Of a stretch of DNA of 64,000 nucleotides, positions 26,301 to 41,300 are shown in pieces. The stretch is from Botryllus schlosseri. Lineage: Eukaryota. Both the position numbers and the translations under genes were made by a program. The stretch is from assembly GCA_051294905.1 (NCBI GenBank), contig CM119386.1:13020001-13084000 (forward strand), given 5' to 3'. Below the pieces are notes generated by a model that was not told where the DNA came from, searched no databases, and was given only the letters and a program-made list of their open reading frames with translations. Within the stretch, counting starts at the first letter, position 1, and every line of letters begins with the position of its first letter.

Positions 26301-29300
26301 TGATACTCATAATGATAGTTTTATCATCATCATCATCATAATTTCATCATCATATTACATCAATACACCACAATGTTGTGATATAACGAAAAGATAGGAG
26401 GTTGCCGAAACGACTTTGAGTGGGCGAAGGCAACCAGTTGTGCACTAGACACTTGTAATAAACATCATGCATTACAAAAAAACTCATAGATTCAGTGATA
26501 TTGATGTCACTGAAATTTATCACGTATGGTATTTTCAATGCATTCGCATTATACTCTACAATACATGTACAATTCTACATCAATGGTTTTCATTCGTTTT
26601 CTAGTCACAATCTCCTGGCAGGAAATGTTCAGGCTAGCGGAACCCTGAATCATTGAAATTAGCACTAAACAGCAGTGTAGCCTACTTATTTAGCATGTGA
26701 AATGTTGGAAAAATTTAAATGACAACTCATGAAACCATTTTGTCTGCAGCCATATTTACTGTAATGGCAGTAACTGATATAACATGCTAGTTGGAAAACG
26801 TTGCTGTGATATCGGGAGTTGAAGCTTAGTAAGTCAGACAGCAACTTTTCCTCTTCTGCCTTGCCCACATATTACCGGGGCAAGTTAAAATTTTACAGAG
26901 AAACCGAATATCAGGGTTTGGTACATTTTTCATGAAAAAGCCATAACACAGTAAGAATAGTTCTGCGCATGTCACTTGTTGGCTATGGTACCTAACCCAA
27001 TGGACTTGGCAACATATAGAGTCTCCTCAGAACACAAGACTCCTTTGCTCAAAGATACTTTTTTCCAATGAATTCACCGAATATTATTTCTTCAATCGAT
27101 CGCTCTGGTGCGTTTGCGACCCAAATGACTACCCTTCATGAACCACAATTTGAGAATCACTGAACTATGACGTCCAAGGTGTTTAGATCAGTGGTTCTCA
27201 ACCTTTTGACCTGGTGGACCGATAAAACTTCAAAACAAATGTTGCGGACCGGTGAGCCTTCGAAAATCACAATTTACATTAAATTTAATGATGAAAAATG
27301 TATGCAATTCAAAAGTAATATTGGAAATTTCATTTAATGCTGCCTTTTTGGTGTTATATATTTGTACTTGGTCTTATTGAAGTTTCTGTGAGAAGCTAGC
27401 AAAGTCAGTTAAGACCAATAACTTGATTGTGAGTGTTGGGCTCTGTTGAAAGAAAGCGAATTTGTTTTTTGCTGTAGCCTCTAATGCCAAGCTTAATCGC
27501 AATGACTGAAGTTAATTTTGTACCCATCTATATATTTCACGTATAACTTGCCACGGACCGATGGTTGAGAAATACTGGTTTAGAGGATCAGATGGCCTAG
27601 ATCTGGCACAAGATCCAAACTCGGTTTATCACGCTTGTGTTACACAAGTATCAGATGATTTTGTTTCTTCTGCATCCAGCAATTTTATTGCTATAACAAA
27701 ACTCGGTAATTCTGTGCCTTATTGTACCGGTATCGTATTTTGTACGCTATCTACTCTACAACATGAATATGAGCAATTCCATTGCATTTCCATGCGTGAT
27801 TTTCCTGCTGTATGAGGTATCATATGTGAATTGCATAGAGCTCTAACGCATGGCATCATTACTTATATAGCACCTTGATCCCTGTGGAATACATATCATA
27901 GCTACAGACTTGGCCTCACGCAAGATGCAGGATTGACGTATCACGTTATGCTGCAAAGGTCTTCACCTTTTATTTAGTATACTAGTCCCTTGCCAAGCTC
28001 TATTTCAAGTATCCAGTTGCAATGAATGTGAGCTTGCTATATATTCATAGCGGCATTTTCGGTGTTTTCGTAAGCAATATGACATGGTATTCATACCGTA
28101 TATGAAATAATCACCACCATCATACAAGGCAATCAACTTCCGTTGGGGAATATCATTAATATTCTCTAGTGTCCATAGTTTGACTTATTAATCCCAGTGC
28201 TAGGAAACGAGTCGTGTTACTCCTAATATCAGTCATAGGTCATATGTAGAAATTACATGGTTGGGTCAATCGGACATCCATTATATATGTGTCATGTTAA
28301 TTCTACGTCAATAGAGGGAGTTACGGTGTCAGTCGAGTATGTGTAACATCTGGTTAGATCCAGCAAAGTTTGTTTGTTGACTAACCCAAGTTATTCCATT
28401 AACTCTTTGCGATTATACTGGTGAATCATGTTGTTTCTAATTAAAAGACGGGGATTTCAATCATTTTGTTACTGATACTCGCCAATGCATCAAAATGTGA
28501 CAGTTGCACAGAAGAACTGGTGGCTTTCAAACGTTTAAAAGGAATAATTTGCTACATTCACAAACCTGAAGAATGTCTTCATGTTGTTATGCATTGGAAC
28601 AGGTTCTTGGAGAATTACAATTCACCCAGGTCTAAAAAATTTTTTTGGTACATGATAATCCAGTTTGTTTAAAATTCATTTTGTCCTCTTGAGAATGCAA
28701 CCTGTGTATTCTTTGTAAAATTCGATTATATTCGTGGCATTTTGCTGGATATTTAGGAACAGCTATGTGAAACATGATCCATATTTTGTGCGTTGCTGTT
28801 GATACTACTTTGACATTCAGCACCATGAAATACCATACTCTAGTTTTTCTGTGTTTATATAATGATGAAGAACTGGTACTTAATACCCTCATTCAGTTTA
28901 ATTTTGGCATGGACAGGAATTTTGACATGAAACCATGTCAGAGTAGTCACGTTGTTATTTTGGAAGATTGTGTTAAGCTTGAATAATTTATGCAGCCACT
29001 TTTTTTCAGGCATATTGTTGTGTGTGGACACATAACGCTGGAAAGTGTTTCATATTTTTTGAAAGACTTCCTACACAAAGATCGAGATGATGTCAACGTT
29101 GAGGTTTTATTTTTACATGGGTGAGTATCTTTTAGCAATTCCAATTTTTTTTATCTTTCAATTTATATTCTTGTTAGCGTGTAAAGTTTTGAGCAGCTTC
29201 GTGCCAATCATATTAATGTCATCTTCTCGGTTTTTGATTTCCTAATTTGCAGAGTCTTTCAAGATCACTCAGTCTGATTACTATGTTCATTACAATCAAG

Positions 29301-32300
29301 GGCTCAAATGAATTTTTTCAGACGAAATCAAACCATTCAAATTATTTATATAACACAATAGTATTCAAATGTTAATGTCTGCATATTTAATGCTCAGTAT
29401 CAAAACTAGCTTACGTTGTAGGAATTGTGACCTGCCTCCAATCATTTGTTCCCAGATCAGTTAATTGCGAACCATATAGTTCTCATTGGTCCGCTCTCAC
29501 TTACAATAAGGAATCGTAGTGTGAGGAAATGCATGCAAAACATTTTTGTCCAGAATTCAAACCCTGCAAAATCGTCCGTTACGATTTCAATTCAATCTTT
29601 TAGTAACAATTTTATCATTTCAATACACAACAAGACTGCGATACAATGAAAAGATAGTAAGGTGCCGAAAGGACTTGGAGTAGTCTGAAATCAGACACCC
29701 ACCTGGCCTAGGTGATGTAAAAAGGAGGGAGGCATGCACAGTGAATGAAAATTAAAATAAGGTAATGTAAAAAAACAGGCGACAAAAAGAGGTGCAAGTG
29801 TTGGAAGGCGAGACCGATGTGTCAGGTCCTGGTCCGGTAAACTTGAGGGCTGATTGATTTCACCTGTACCTCTCTGCACCATATTATCATCTTCCTACTG
29901 TACTGTATTGCTTTGAAGTATATAAAGTTATACACAAATACTTTTCCAACAGTTTGTCTCGTGTGTTCTATGTGCTAGTAAAGGCATACCGATCGTAATA
30001 GTCCATAACATAAAATGTCATAAATAGAGCCAGTAGATCACAATATGAGCAGAGTAATTATGAACTTACCTTTGAAAAGTTTTTATTGAAGTTTATTAAA
30101 AAATTGAGGTGTGAGGGTAAGACGAGACAAAATTGCGGGGTGAGTTGAGACACCGGTATCTGATCGATTTTCTATTGAAAGAAATTAAATTTTCCAATAC
30201 AGTTTTAACTGTTTACAGCACAAATGATAGTTATCTAGTAGTTAGCTCGATGCGGCAGCACAAGACAAAACAAGAACACAGGGTCCCATGTATAATTTGC
30301 TTTCGATGGCATTTAAAATCATATGATGTACAAATCCGTTTCAAAAGTGGATTATTTCATGATTACTAAATTTAATTTACGATGCTACTAGCTGATTCAG
30401 CATTTGGGATGAATTGGTGCTGTATCGAATAGGAATTGCCTGGTGTTTCATCCTGAACACAGTGTGTCTCATGTTACCCTCACCTGGGGGTACTTTAAGA
30501 CATTGGACCAAGGATTTTTGAAGCCCAAAAAATCCTGTAGTACGTTGTTCAATATATCTCAAAACGGATCACAGGCTTTGCATCAGAACCAAAATTTATG
30601 CTCTGAAGGCATTACTTTTTGAGTGGCGCTGAAAGACATAAAAAGTGTCCCATCCCACCCTCTTCTACGCAGAGCAAATTACAATATATTATCAAGTGGT
30701 ACTTTTTTCTATTTAATGCAGATAGTAGAATTTTACACAAACACTTTTTCAGTCAAACGTCAATACCAAAACCGGTCCGCATCTCTACTAATTTCCATTG
30801 AAACACAATCCGTGTCCAGGTTATAATTTAATTCAATATCCTCTTCTGCAGGATACCCCCAAACTTGGAGCTGGAGGCCCTTTTCAAACGGCATTTCACC
30901 CAAGTGGAATTCTTCGAAGGTTCTGTGCTTGTGTCGAGCGATTTGTCTCGGGTGAAAATCGAGGAGGCTGACGCCTGCGTCATCTTGGCCAACAAGTATT
31001 GCGAAAACGCGGATACGGAAGACGCCTCCAATATCATGAGGTAGTCTAATTCCGGACTGTAACTTGTTAATTGCGGAAGTGGTTTCTTAATCCAGCCTGG
31101 GAACGCCCTAGAGATTTGAGAAGATTCAAGATTATCGATGTGGCAAGATCTTACCCTGCTTGCTTTTATTTTATGCCCGCTCGAGGATCCTCCCTATCTT
31201 TTCATTGTATAGCAATCTTTAAAACCATTGTATCAATAAAGCTGTCAATAAACAAATGAATGAAAGTGTGTAGTCGGTAAATTCAAAAGCTACCGGTATC
31301 TCAACTTCAATACTGCTACATTGTCGCATATTTATTTAACAAAGTCCCTTAATCAAGTTCATGACAGAGGTTAAAAGGTTTGCTGACACCTTTCTGAACT
31401 ATGGTAACGACATAGTGCATGTATGGACATCAGCAAAGGTGCTCATGAAAGTTACTGCATTGCCATTTCATAAAAATATTGATGATATGATTGTAGGGTT
31501 AATGAGCATAGCTTACATAGTCTGTTACATGAGCTATTTGTGATTCGACAAATCTTGTGATGTATTAATCACGTTATTTTGTTTTATTCCAAAGCTTCCT
31601 TGGAGACTACACTGCATTTCGTTATTTAAAAGCCACTCCTGCGATTCAGTCCTGGAGAACAACACCCCAACTATTACTGAAACAAACGTGCTTCTTTTTC
31701 AGAGTGATATCAATAAAGAACTACCACCCGAAAGTGCGAATCATCATTCAGATTATGCAGTATCACAATAAGGCTCATCTGCTCAACATACCCAGTTGGA
31801 GCATTGAGGTTGGTTTTGAATACGGAAATAGCAGCGTGCGAATTCACCCAGGCGTCAAAACCGCTAAGAGTATCTATATATCCGAATTCCCTACGGTATA
31901 TTTCGATTGAAGTTTCCAAACACGATACTTAATATCATTGATAATTCTTTATGATGACCATCTTATTTTTCCGCTGCAAACCTTCCGATATGAGTTATAG
32001 TCGAGTCCTCAGTGATGTGTATTTCTGTTATTTTGATTTGAATGCTTGGTAATATGGTGTTTGCCTATTCTCATTGTAGTTGATTCATTTAATTCTGTGA
32101 CGTATGCCATTGAGTCCCGTGGGAGACAAATACCGACGGAGATAGTATTAATGATATCATCTCTTTCAAGGCGCCAAATAATCAGGGATATTGGTCTTGA
32201 ATCAATTTCTGGTATTTGGTGGGGATATTGATTTTGCTTCAAATGAATATCAACTGCCATGAAGTTACTTTAAAGATTTATTGACACAACAATCGATACT

Positions 32301-35300
32301 CTTATTGTAGACTTGAAGGGGAAGTCGTAGATCTTGACATATACATGCTACGTCACAAATATTTACCCTGGGCAAAATCGAAACTTTGTACTGCAGCTTA
32401 AAAGTCAATAGTTAAATGACTGAATGAATCTGAGCGACTCAGCTTAGCTTCCCTGGTATTTTATGGCCTAAAGATTGCTTTTGACTACTTTGTTTCAGGA
32501 TGGCGACGACGTTATATGCCTTGCCGAATTAAAGCTGGGTTTCATCGCGCAGTCATGCTTGGCGCCTGGATTTTCAAGCTTGATGGCTAATTTATTTTCG
32601 ATGCGATCTTACATTAAGGTAAACTTCTTCATTAACAATTCTACGACGTTTGTCGTAGGAAGTAAGATAAAATTCCACCTATGACAGATATTCTAATAAT
32701 TTTTCTTTATCAATATGGTCTTTCCCGTAGTAGGGGTCCGTACAGCGGATCAATGATACGGTTTATAGTGTGACTGAATTTTTATGCGGTGTACCCTTAT
32801 TGCCGCAACCCTACCCACTGTGAACGTCACTGGAATGGATTTCACTCCTCAATGACTGGGTTTTAGAGTCACAGTCGCCAATGCGATTTGAACCCAAGCT
32901 TTTAGATTGGCAAGTTCACTGCTCTAAACACCGAGCAACGGTGACTGTTGACTGATTTTCTCATAATAGCCATCAAAATTCATAACGGTGCATACTTTAG
33001 AAACATTCGGATGGTGCAGATTGAATCACGAACTGAACATTGATTTACTCGCCATGTCATATGTCAGAGGTCCTTATACTGGGGTATGCGGGCTAGTTTT
33101 AAGGGGCCACGAAACGCCAATCATGAAACTACAACTACAAAACTACATGTTTCCTTGATAAGATCTACCCTTATTCTTGATTATGTCCTTATTTTGTCTT
33201 ATTTTCAGTACATGTCTCCTTTTTGATATTATCAAATAGCTTTTTCAGCATCAACTAGACCAGATGGCAATATGGGGCCGTGATAAGGCAGTAACCTTTT
33301 TTTGTGATCAGCTCCCTACATTTCACGGTTAGGCTACTCAGAATTTTTGTATTTCCTTAATTTTTGATCTATATCAACCGAAGTCCTGGATGTGCGGTTC
33401 AAAGGTTAATTACTACTGTCATTGGTAATGCTGGACGGTGTCATCTCTGCAAGTGTGGCAACTATTATGTTTCCACATTACTTGAGCGCTTTCCAAAAGC
33501 CTATTAATCAGTTACGAACTGATATCTCTCAGCAAACTGCGGTTCTCAAGATCTATTTTCGCAATACCCATCGATGCATATTTTCCCAAGGCTCCCAGAC
33601 TTCGGGTGGTTTACGCTTCGAGTCAGGGATGTTCAACGTGCGGACTGCAGAGAAAAACTGTGGCCCACAAACGACTGCTCAATGTTTTGAATTACTTGTG
33701 GCCATCGCAATCGGTTTCTAATTACCTGAGTCTGATATGTTTGAGCTAAGGTCAATTAGGAATAGAGAAGTGCAAAAAACTGTAAAATCACTAACATATG
33801 CATATGCAAACTTCGTATATAAATATATTTTTGACTAAATCTATTCAATAGCCATTCTTTTCCTTCAGATATTCATGATAGTTATCTGCAGTATGATATC
33901 TAACATTTTTGATATCGCCATCACCATTACCGATTCCTAATTAGATTGTGGTCCTTCCAACCAGGAGAAAGTTTAGGTGATGTTTGTATCTGGTCTGCTT
34001 GTCAAAAAGGCTACACACACCTGCTTTGAGTGATCGTGTAAGGTCTCAGAGACTTGATTTGGCCCAGCCCTGCTGATAACTTGTTTTCGGTGAACCTGGT
34101 GGTTATGATGTATGTAACAAATCATAGAATTCTTGATCATCAATATGTTGTATATTGAATGGGCGTCAGCTTTATAAATTATTTGTTTAGCGTAAAATAC
34201 GGCTAAGCGTAAATACTGTCATACAACCTCACGTCGTGTCTGAAAGCTTGTTTATGCCCGAGGATTATTACGGAGGAAAACATTCGATCGGTAATTTTGA
34301 CAACAATATTATTTATTTATAGATTGACGCTGACTCGTGGCAGAAACATTATCTGGCCGGCGTCGGTTCCGAAATGTACACGGAATACATGTCACCGTCT
34401 TTTGTGGGTTACTCATTTCCTAAAGTGTGCGAGTAGGGAAAATGTGTGCTGCGTATCGAGTAGATATTCTGCAAATTTTTTTTCTTTTCAGAATATGCTA
34501 CAAAAAACTCAAACTGCTCCTCCTCGCTATTGAAGTGAAGCATGAAAATGATGAGTGCAAGTGAGTATCGCAACCAGCAGCCCAGCTGACGTTATTCTGT
34601 ATCAACTCAAAGTATGAAAAAGGATACTCTTTGGATTGGGAAGGACCCGGAAACCTTCGAAATTATCTTTTTCATTAAAACTATTACAAGCACCTATCAT
34701 TATGGTTGCGTCTTTCACAAGAACATCGCTAAAACCACAAACATTACCGGTATCAAGATTGATCCCAATGATGAAATAAGATTTAAAAATATTCCATGTC
34801 GATTTAATTGTTGAATTCGTTTTCATGACCGTGAATGTTAATGTATTCGATTAAACTCCCATGGGAAATGAAAATTTCAGATCTCTATAACAGTATAACT
34901 TGTCTCTACTATGTAATCAAATGGGCTCAAATTTCAGATATGTCACAGATATAAGTTATAAATTTTGCAGCCATGGGAATGTGACCATATCAAACCCCGT
35001 TAGAACTATCTTGGCTATTTCTTTTTCAAAACTCACGATAACATCTTCAGTTGCTTAGTGAGGCATAGGATGTAGAAAATACTTTTATGACAAAGTAGAC
35101 GTTGTAATTTCCCAGTCAACCCAAGACTGTAATTTTTTGTTTTACAATAGCTCTACAAATAGATATTGGCGACAATAAAAATTCATGAGTAGAGTTCTGT
35201 TTGAGGAACATGATATTAAGTATGTAGGCGACGGTTATTGGCTGTGTAGCCTCATAAATATTACAGGAACTAAACGTTGTCAATACTAGCTGGTGTGTAA

Positions 35301-38300
35301 AGTTGTGAGATTATTTCAGCAACGGCCTATTTTGTAGTTCATTTCTTCTCGAAATAGATATCTTGTAGGTACTCTTCAGTGAGTAAGAGGCTGACGCAGT
35401 TACACAGAATAATCAGGTGTGCATTAAAATTTGAGGATGTGTTATCTTTCTTTTGGTCCTTGGGCACACAAATGTAAAAACAATTTCTTGAGTGCTTACT
35501 TGTAAGAAATTGGTATTATTTGCAGTTTTCCGTCACCGTCACATCAAAATGTTTTCATCCTTTGGCCTCAATCCTTATTGCATTAAATATCGAAAAAGCT
35601 ATGAAGATCATAACTCAACTCATAAAACCTGACAACACTATCAACAGAACAGTATGGGCGCTTCTTCGTTATTGGTGTGTATATTTATTAGTGATGTGTT
35701 TCAACAAACAGACTTAGTCAAAGTCCAAAATATGATAATGTAATTGTATGCAAATGCATATAATACTTTGACGTGATTACACATTGTCGATACACAACAT
35801 CACTCCCATTAACCGTGCAAAGACGGACTTTATTTTGTTATTATATCACAATTATGACTTATGCTGGGTTGTTGTATTCATTTTTCCAAACATGTGATTA
35901 GGTTGGTGTAGTATTCAAATCACTTGGATTCCAGAGTTTGTGGATTCATGTATTCATTGAGTTTTTCCATACTGATCCGCAGACTATGTTTATATATAGG
36001 TCGGTATGAAAAATTGTGATCACCTAAAATTTATCTCATCAAAGTACTTTTAATGTAATGAAAACAAAATGTCAAAATAAATGTCTTTCAGCAACACACT
36101 TCCGCGAAATATTCTCCAACGCAGTTACAAGCGGTACGTTGATACCTGCCACATTATTTCCGCGCACCTGCCTGACAAAACAAATTACAGTCGTTACATC
36201 ACAACGCTTGTCACATTGCATGAGGCCTACTACTGGGATTCTCTGACACCAATATCTTCCTGCTTTTCCATTTCCTCATTTTCTCTAGCGCAGTATTTAT
36301 TTTCATTGACACGTAGCGTCTTGGCTTGATCACAATTCACAATTAGAAGCGGCCTACAAAAGGTGAACATGAAATTGTCATTTTCTAATGAAAATGGCCT
36401 TTTGTGGTGCCTTCTTCAGCCGCACATCCGCACATATTTTTCAGTAGGTATGCGAGTATGCAGTTATATGAAATCATCTGTGAATCCTCTAACTGCTTCC
36501 CTTATAAGACACATCAATTTTGTAATCAATCTTACGAGCCCAACATATCTTAGTTTTGATCAAGTTTCGTGAGTCTTGTAGGGCAAGGATTTATGCTGGC
36601 ATTTTTCGTGGGTGCATCACTGATGACAGCACTTACTTTTAATCCTACATTGAGAAACTTGCTATTTTATTACCCTCACTCTGCATGTTGTCATATTTTT
36701 TTAAAATTCATTCACTTTTCAAATACCCATGGTGAAAAATCCATATCGTTGCACGGAATGAGACGATCTAGCTCACCACTGGTATTGGGTTATTACCACC
36801 ATCAAACTTGAATAGGATAATCTCCGTTGTACAAAACATTCTGCAGACATATTTTCAAGATGACTGCCGTAGTTAAAGAAAACATCATAGCTAAAAGTTT
36901 TTGTGCTTATTGATGTCGAGACTTGGTTAACTCACTAAATCAGTGGTTCTTAACAGCGGGCCCGCGTCTGCTCCAAATATATTTCAAATTTATTATCAAT
37001 TGCCAATGCCTGTCCATTAATTAGAGAAATTTGGTCGGATCTAGAAATTAAGACTGGAATTGAGAATTCTTTACGGCATGATGTAGACTTCATGGTCAAC
37101 TTTCAACTTATCCTATGTCACAATGCTGCAAATGTTGTTGTTAATGATTTTAAAGTAGGCTACAACTCATAAACCGGTACGTGAAAGCTAAGGCGACGCA
37201 AGCAAACTTGAGAATCACTGCTGTAGTTCACCTTAAATGATAATGTCGCAATATCAAAAATTCATGATTTCAGCAACATACATTTGCTGCGTTTTGCCAC
37301 ATTAGCCATCTCACATGCACATTGCCACTGCACTCACCAAATTCTTGTGGGTTTTGCATCTATTATGTTACACTCAATTTGATTTGGGTGCTTCCACTTC
37401 TTCAGAATCATGATTAACCCTGGGGACCATGTTACAATTCAAGAAGGAACACTGGGGTTTTTCGTTGCTCAATCTGCTAAAGAAGTCAAAAGGCAAGTTT
37501 GTTATTGAACCTTCACCATTGTGATGCAAGTATTGCATCTGAAGCGGCTGTATGAGAGATTGAAAGTATAATCGATGCATTGGGGTCTCAATTCACTTAT
37601 CATGATAAACTCTGATTCGAGATCACGGTAATGCAGTTGAAATGCTTGTTGAACTGGGATCATAGTTTATCATGATCAGTGATTTCGATTGGATGTTTCC
37701 AACCTATTGCTGTTATGAGCAAGAATTTCAACAAGTCAGATAACACATTGTACATTTGGTATATTGTCTATTTGATACGGCAACTACAATTTGCCGTCTT
37801 TTCTAAGCCATTTGGTTCTGTTTATTGCTGATAGCCTACCAAGAAAAGTACCAGTCAATTTACAGTTTTGATTCATTGAAACTGCTACACCTGCAGTGTA
37901 CAGCAGACTATACGATTTGAGAGGTATAGTTGTAGGCCTATACACTTGAATAGGCCTAATTTTGCTTGCTATTAGTAAATGGTGCTGCACCGTATTTAGA
38001 CAGCAAGTAATAAGGGATTTGCTGTTTATCTTTACAAATTTACTCCAATATCATGATATTTAAGTAGGTTTAACTCAGGGGCGGCCAACCTTTTCGTCCA
38101 AAGGGTCACACGAGATTATAGAACCATCGCGTTGGCCACTTGAATGCTGATGACATTTCTTTAGTTGTCCAATTGGAGCGAACGCATCAAAAGCGATAAC
38201 AATTATGTCATGAAGAGTCAGCGTGTATTCATATAATAACCGCACCAAACGCGAAAATTTTTTAAAGTTTATGAATGAATTCGGTCAATAATAATGTCAC

Positions 38301-41300
38301 CTGCATACATTGCGGGTCACCTATGTATACCGCTCAGCTCATTTGGCAAGGACAGGATTTCTCGGCTTTTGGACGTATAAATATCTAAGATTTCGGCAAT
38401 GATGCGTCAATCATTTCGTGCAAAGGTTTCATTTTTTGACTATCTTTCTGCGAGCGGACATGCTAAGTCGGATGCTGGACGACACGTTCTCTCATAATCG
38501 TGAATATAGTTTAGACTCAATTCTATAAATTAAGCGTATTTTTAATTTTCAGGAAGTGGTACCAATACTAAAAGCAAGAAATCGAGTGACTATTAATCGC
38601 GATCGAAAAATAGCAAGTCAAATAAATCTGCCAATAAATATTCTACTTTATCGTCATATACAAAGATAAACAAAGATTGTGGCTGGCCCCTGGCTACGAC
38701 AATGCAACGGAACTGATAATTAAGTCATCAGCATCACCAATTTCGCGGTCAAGTTAATCAAATTTTTGGTCGGCCTCGCAAGTTCACAATAAATTACCCC
38801 GATAATTTTTTATGATATAACTAATTTCCAGAATTACTCAGCGGGCCACAGGTTGGCCGCCCCTGGTTTGACTGTATGAGTCGTAATGCCCGATCTCAAC
38901 GTTCATACTGGTAATTGTTAGATAAAACCACTCATAATAGAAAATTTTAGAGGAAAATTGTGACCCTTGACCTGAAAATATTCTATATTTACAAGTTTCA
39001 TTGTCTAAGCACAAATTTCACTCATCCCAAACTCAATAATCACATAAGAATTCTTGACATGCATCACCGAAATGCTTTGATCTGCCGATAGTTTGTGTTA
39101 CCGTATTGGCTTGCTTGTGTCACCCTCACACATATCTCATATCAGTTTGCAGGTCCTAAGCTATCTTAGTCATGTGTGCTGCTCTTATGAGCATCCAGCA
39201 ACTATCGTCATTATAGCAAATTTACATGTATCGCTTTTATCTTTAGCAGTGTGTTTGGGTATCTGCCTAGTTCAATTTCACATGTGTGCTTAACGATAAT
39301 GTCAGCAGGAATATGGAACATCACTGTTTGTCATTTCGCTGTGATGCGGAAATTACAGTGACAATGGCCGCGTCACTTATCTATGCAAATATTCCATTTG
39401 TGTTTGTCTACATTTCGTAGGGATATCTAGATCATAATCCACATCTGGATATGCCAGATGTTGTAGGGGTCGGGCTTTGTAAAGGCGAGTACCTGAGTGA
39501 CATTTCAAGTCAAATATCCGCTGTTATCTGATAATGGCTCTAAATGACGCAGATTGTTTCATCCTATAATTTGGTTAAATTAAGTTATCTGATAATAGTG
39601 ATCACTACTGCTCATTTGATTTGTGCTGCTGTTGAAGGGTTGTTCAAAATTGACAAACTCTCACAAAGCCATTGTTTTCATTCAGCTTCCCCCGCATGTG
39701 TCAGCGCTGATGATAATAGTGAACCTATTAAATCGTATCAAAAGCAGGTTTTCATCGACTTATATGATGCGAAATGTCACAAATACGTCTCTTTGGAAAT
39801 TATTGGTGAGCGCGCGAGCCTATTAATACATACATTTGATAGGAGATACATCATCAGAGCACTACACACAGGAATTTGAATTAAGACACTGAATTCTTGA
39901 AAGTTTGTCAATTTTGAGCAACCAACTGACAACGCTGATTAGCTATATGTAGTGATTTCACGTGTATTTCCACCGCAAGCATTCTGTTAATCTAAAATTT
40001 GAAAATCCTAGGGCATATTTTTATTGTGAGAAATGCCATGAATATGTCATTGACGAGAAGAAGATACTTGTGTGCGAGCATATGAAACGTAAGCATTGTT
40101 TATTGCCTGCTACTTGTGGCACGGCACGTAGAGATCATTGGCAGCATGGCTCTAATTATTTTCGATATCTTCTATCCGCTGGATTTGGAGCAATGATGTT
40201 TGGAGTGACAGTGAATCTTTGCTGTTTATTGTTGATGTGTTTTCATGCATCGTTTGACTGTCGAACCCCGTTCATGGTGCACGAATCAAACCATTACGCT
40301 TAAAGTTACACTTAAACGTACATTGCATCGGACACGGTCTGGAATTTAGACTGCGGTTCGTAATATATTATGCCAAATTCATCCATCATATACAAAAGAA
40401 ATTGAAAAAAATTCAGTGGATTCTTCATTCCAGATCTGGTTTCTCTAGAATGGTTACCTTTGTAGGGTACACAATTTCATTCATGATATCTGAGTGAAGT
40501 AATATAACTTCAGTTGTGACATTCGGTGTAACGAAAAATGTCATGCACTTCTACAAAAATATGTGAATTGATTGTGAATTGTCACTTGTGAAAAATTGAA
40601 TTCGAACAGTAATCCAGCAATATTTTATACCTTCAGTAGGAAGTGAATCCAACGTAAAACTTCAGCCAATGCGTATCGCTGATTCCCTGTGGTATCCCCT
40701 ACTGGGGAAAGCCGAATGACAAATTAGAAAATGCATTTTTTGTTCTAGATGTTACATTTGCATATCAAATGTCAAAGGTGATTGATTGACATAGATCGTA
40801 ATCATAAAGTGATTGATTGAGAAAGATAGTAATCATATGGCATCACACGCATTACCAGACAAAATCCAATGCAATGCTGTAATTGAAGAATCTATCACAC
40901 ACAGTGACACAATATCAGAGGGAAGCTGCTGTATTTGTAATACAAATATTTCAATTATATGAAATTCTGTGCCTCTTTGAAAATATATTAGGCCTACTTA
41001 GCAGTTTTGTATGCAATCATCAAGAATTATGTAATGCAATCTATGTAATTATGCTGGTCTACCTGTTGATTCCTTACTTTCGTTGAGTGAATTTATTCTT
41101 ATAATTGCCTTCTTTACCATTGTGCTAATTCGATAATTTTGCGTAGGGCACTTTTTTACTGCCAATTGTGCCATGAGGATGTGTCAGACCCGGATTTGAT
41201 TAAATCATGTGAATGCCGGAGAAAAAGGGATTTTCCAAGTAAGAACGTTTAAGTGCTCGTACCAGGCATGCACTCATAATGTAACACGTAAATGTTCACG

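Noticed and set aside
36941-37220. hAT MITE from CAGTGGTTCTTAAC to TTGAGAATCACTG
   Set aside because: The flanks differ (CACTAAAT vs CTGTAGTT); probably ends of old or separate elements.
40637-40672. 36-nt phase 1-1 exon ([12 protein letters not shown]) extending exon 17a
   Set aside because: Good acceptor but weak donor (GC|GTATCG) and no homology; not supportable without reads.
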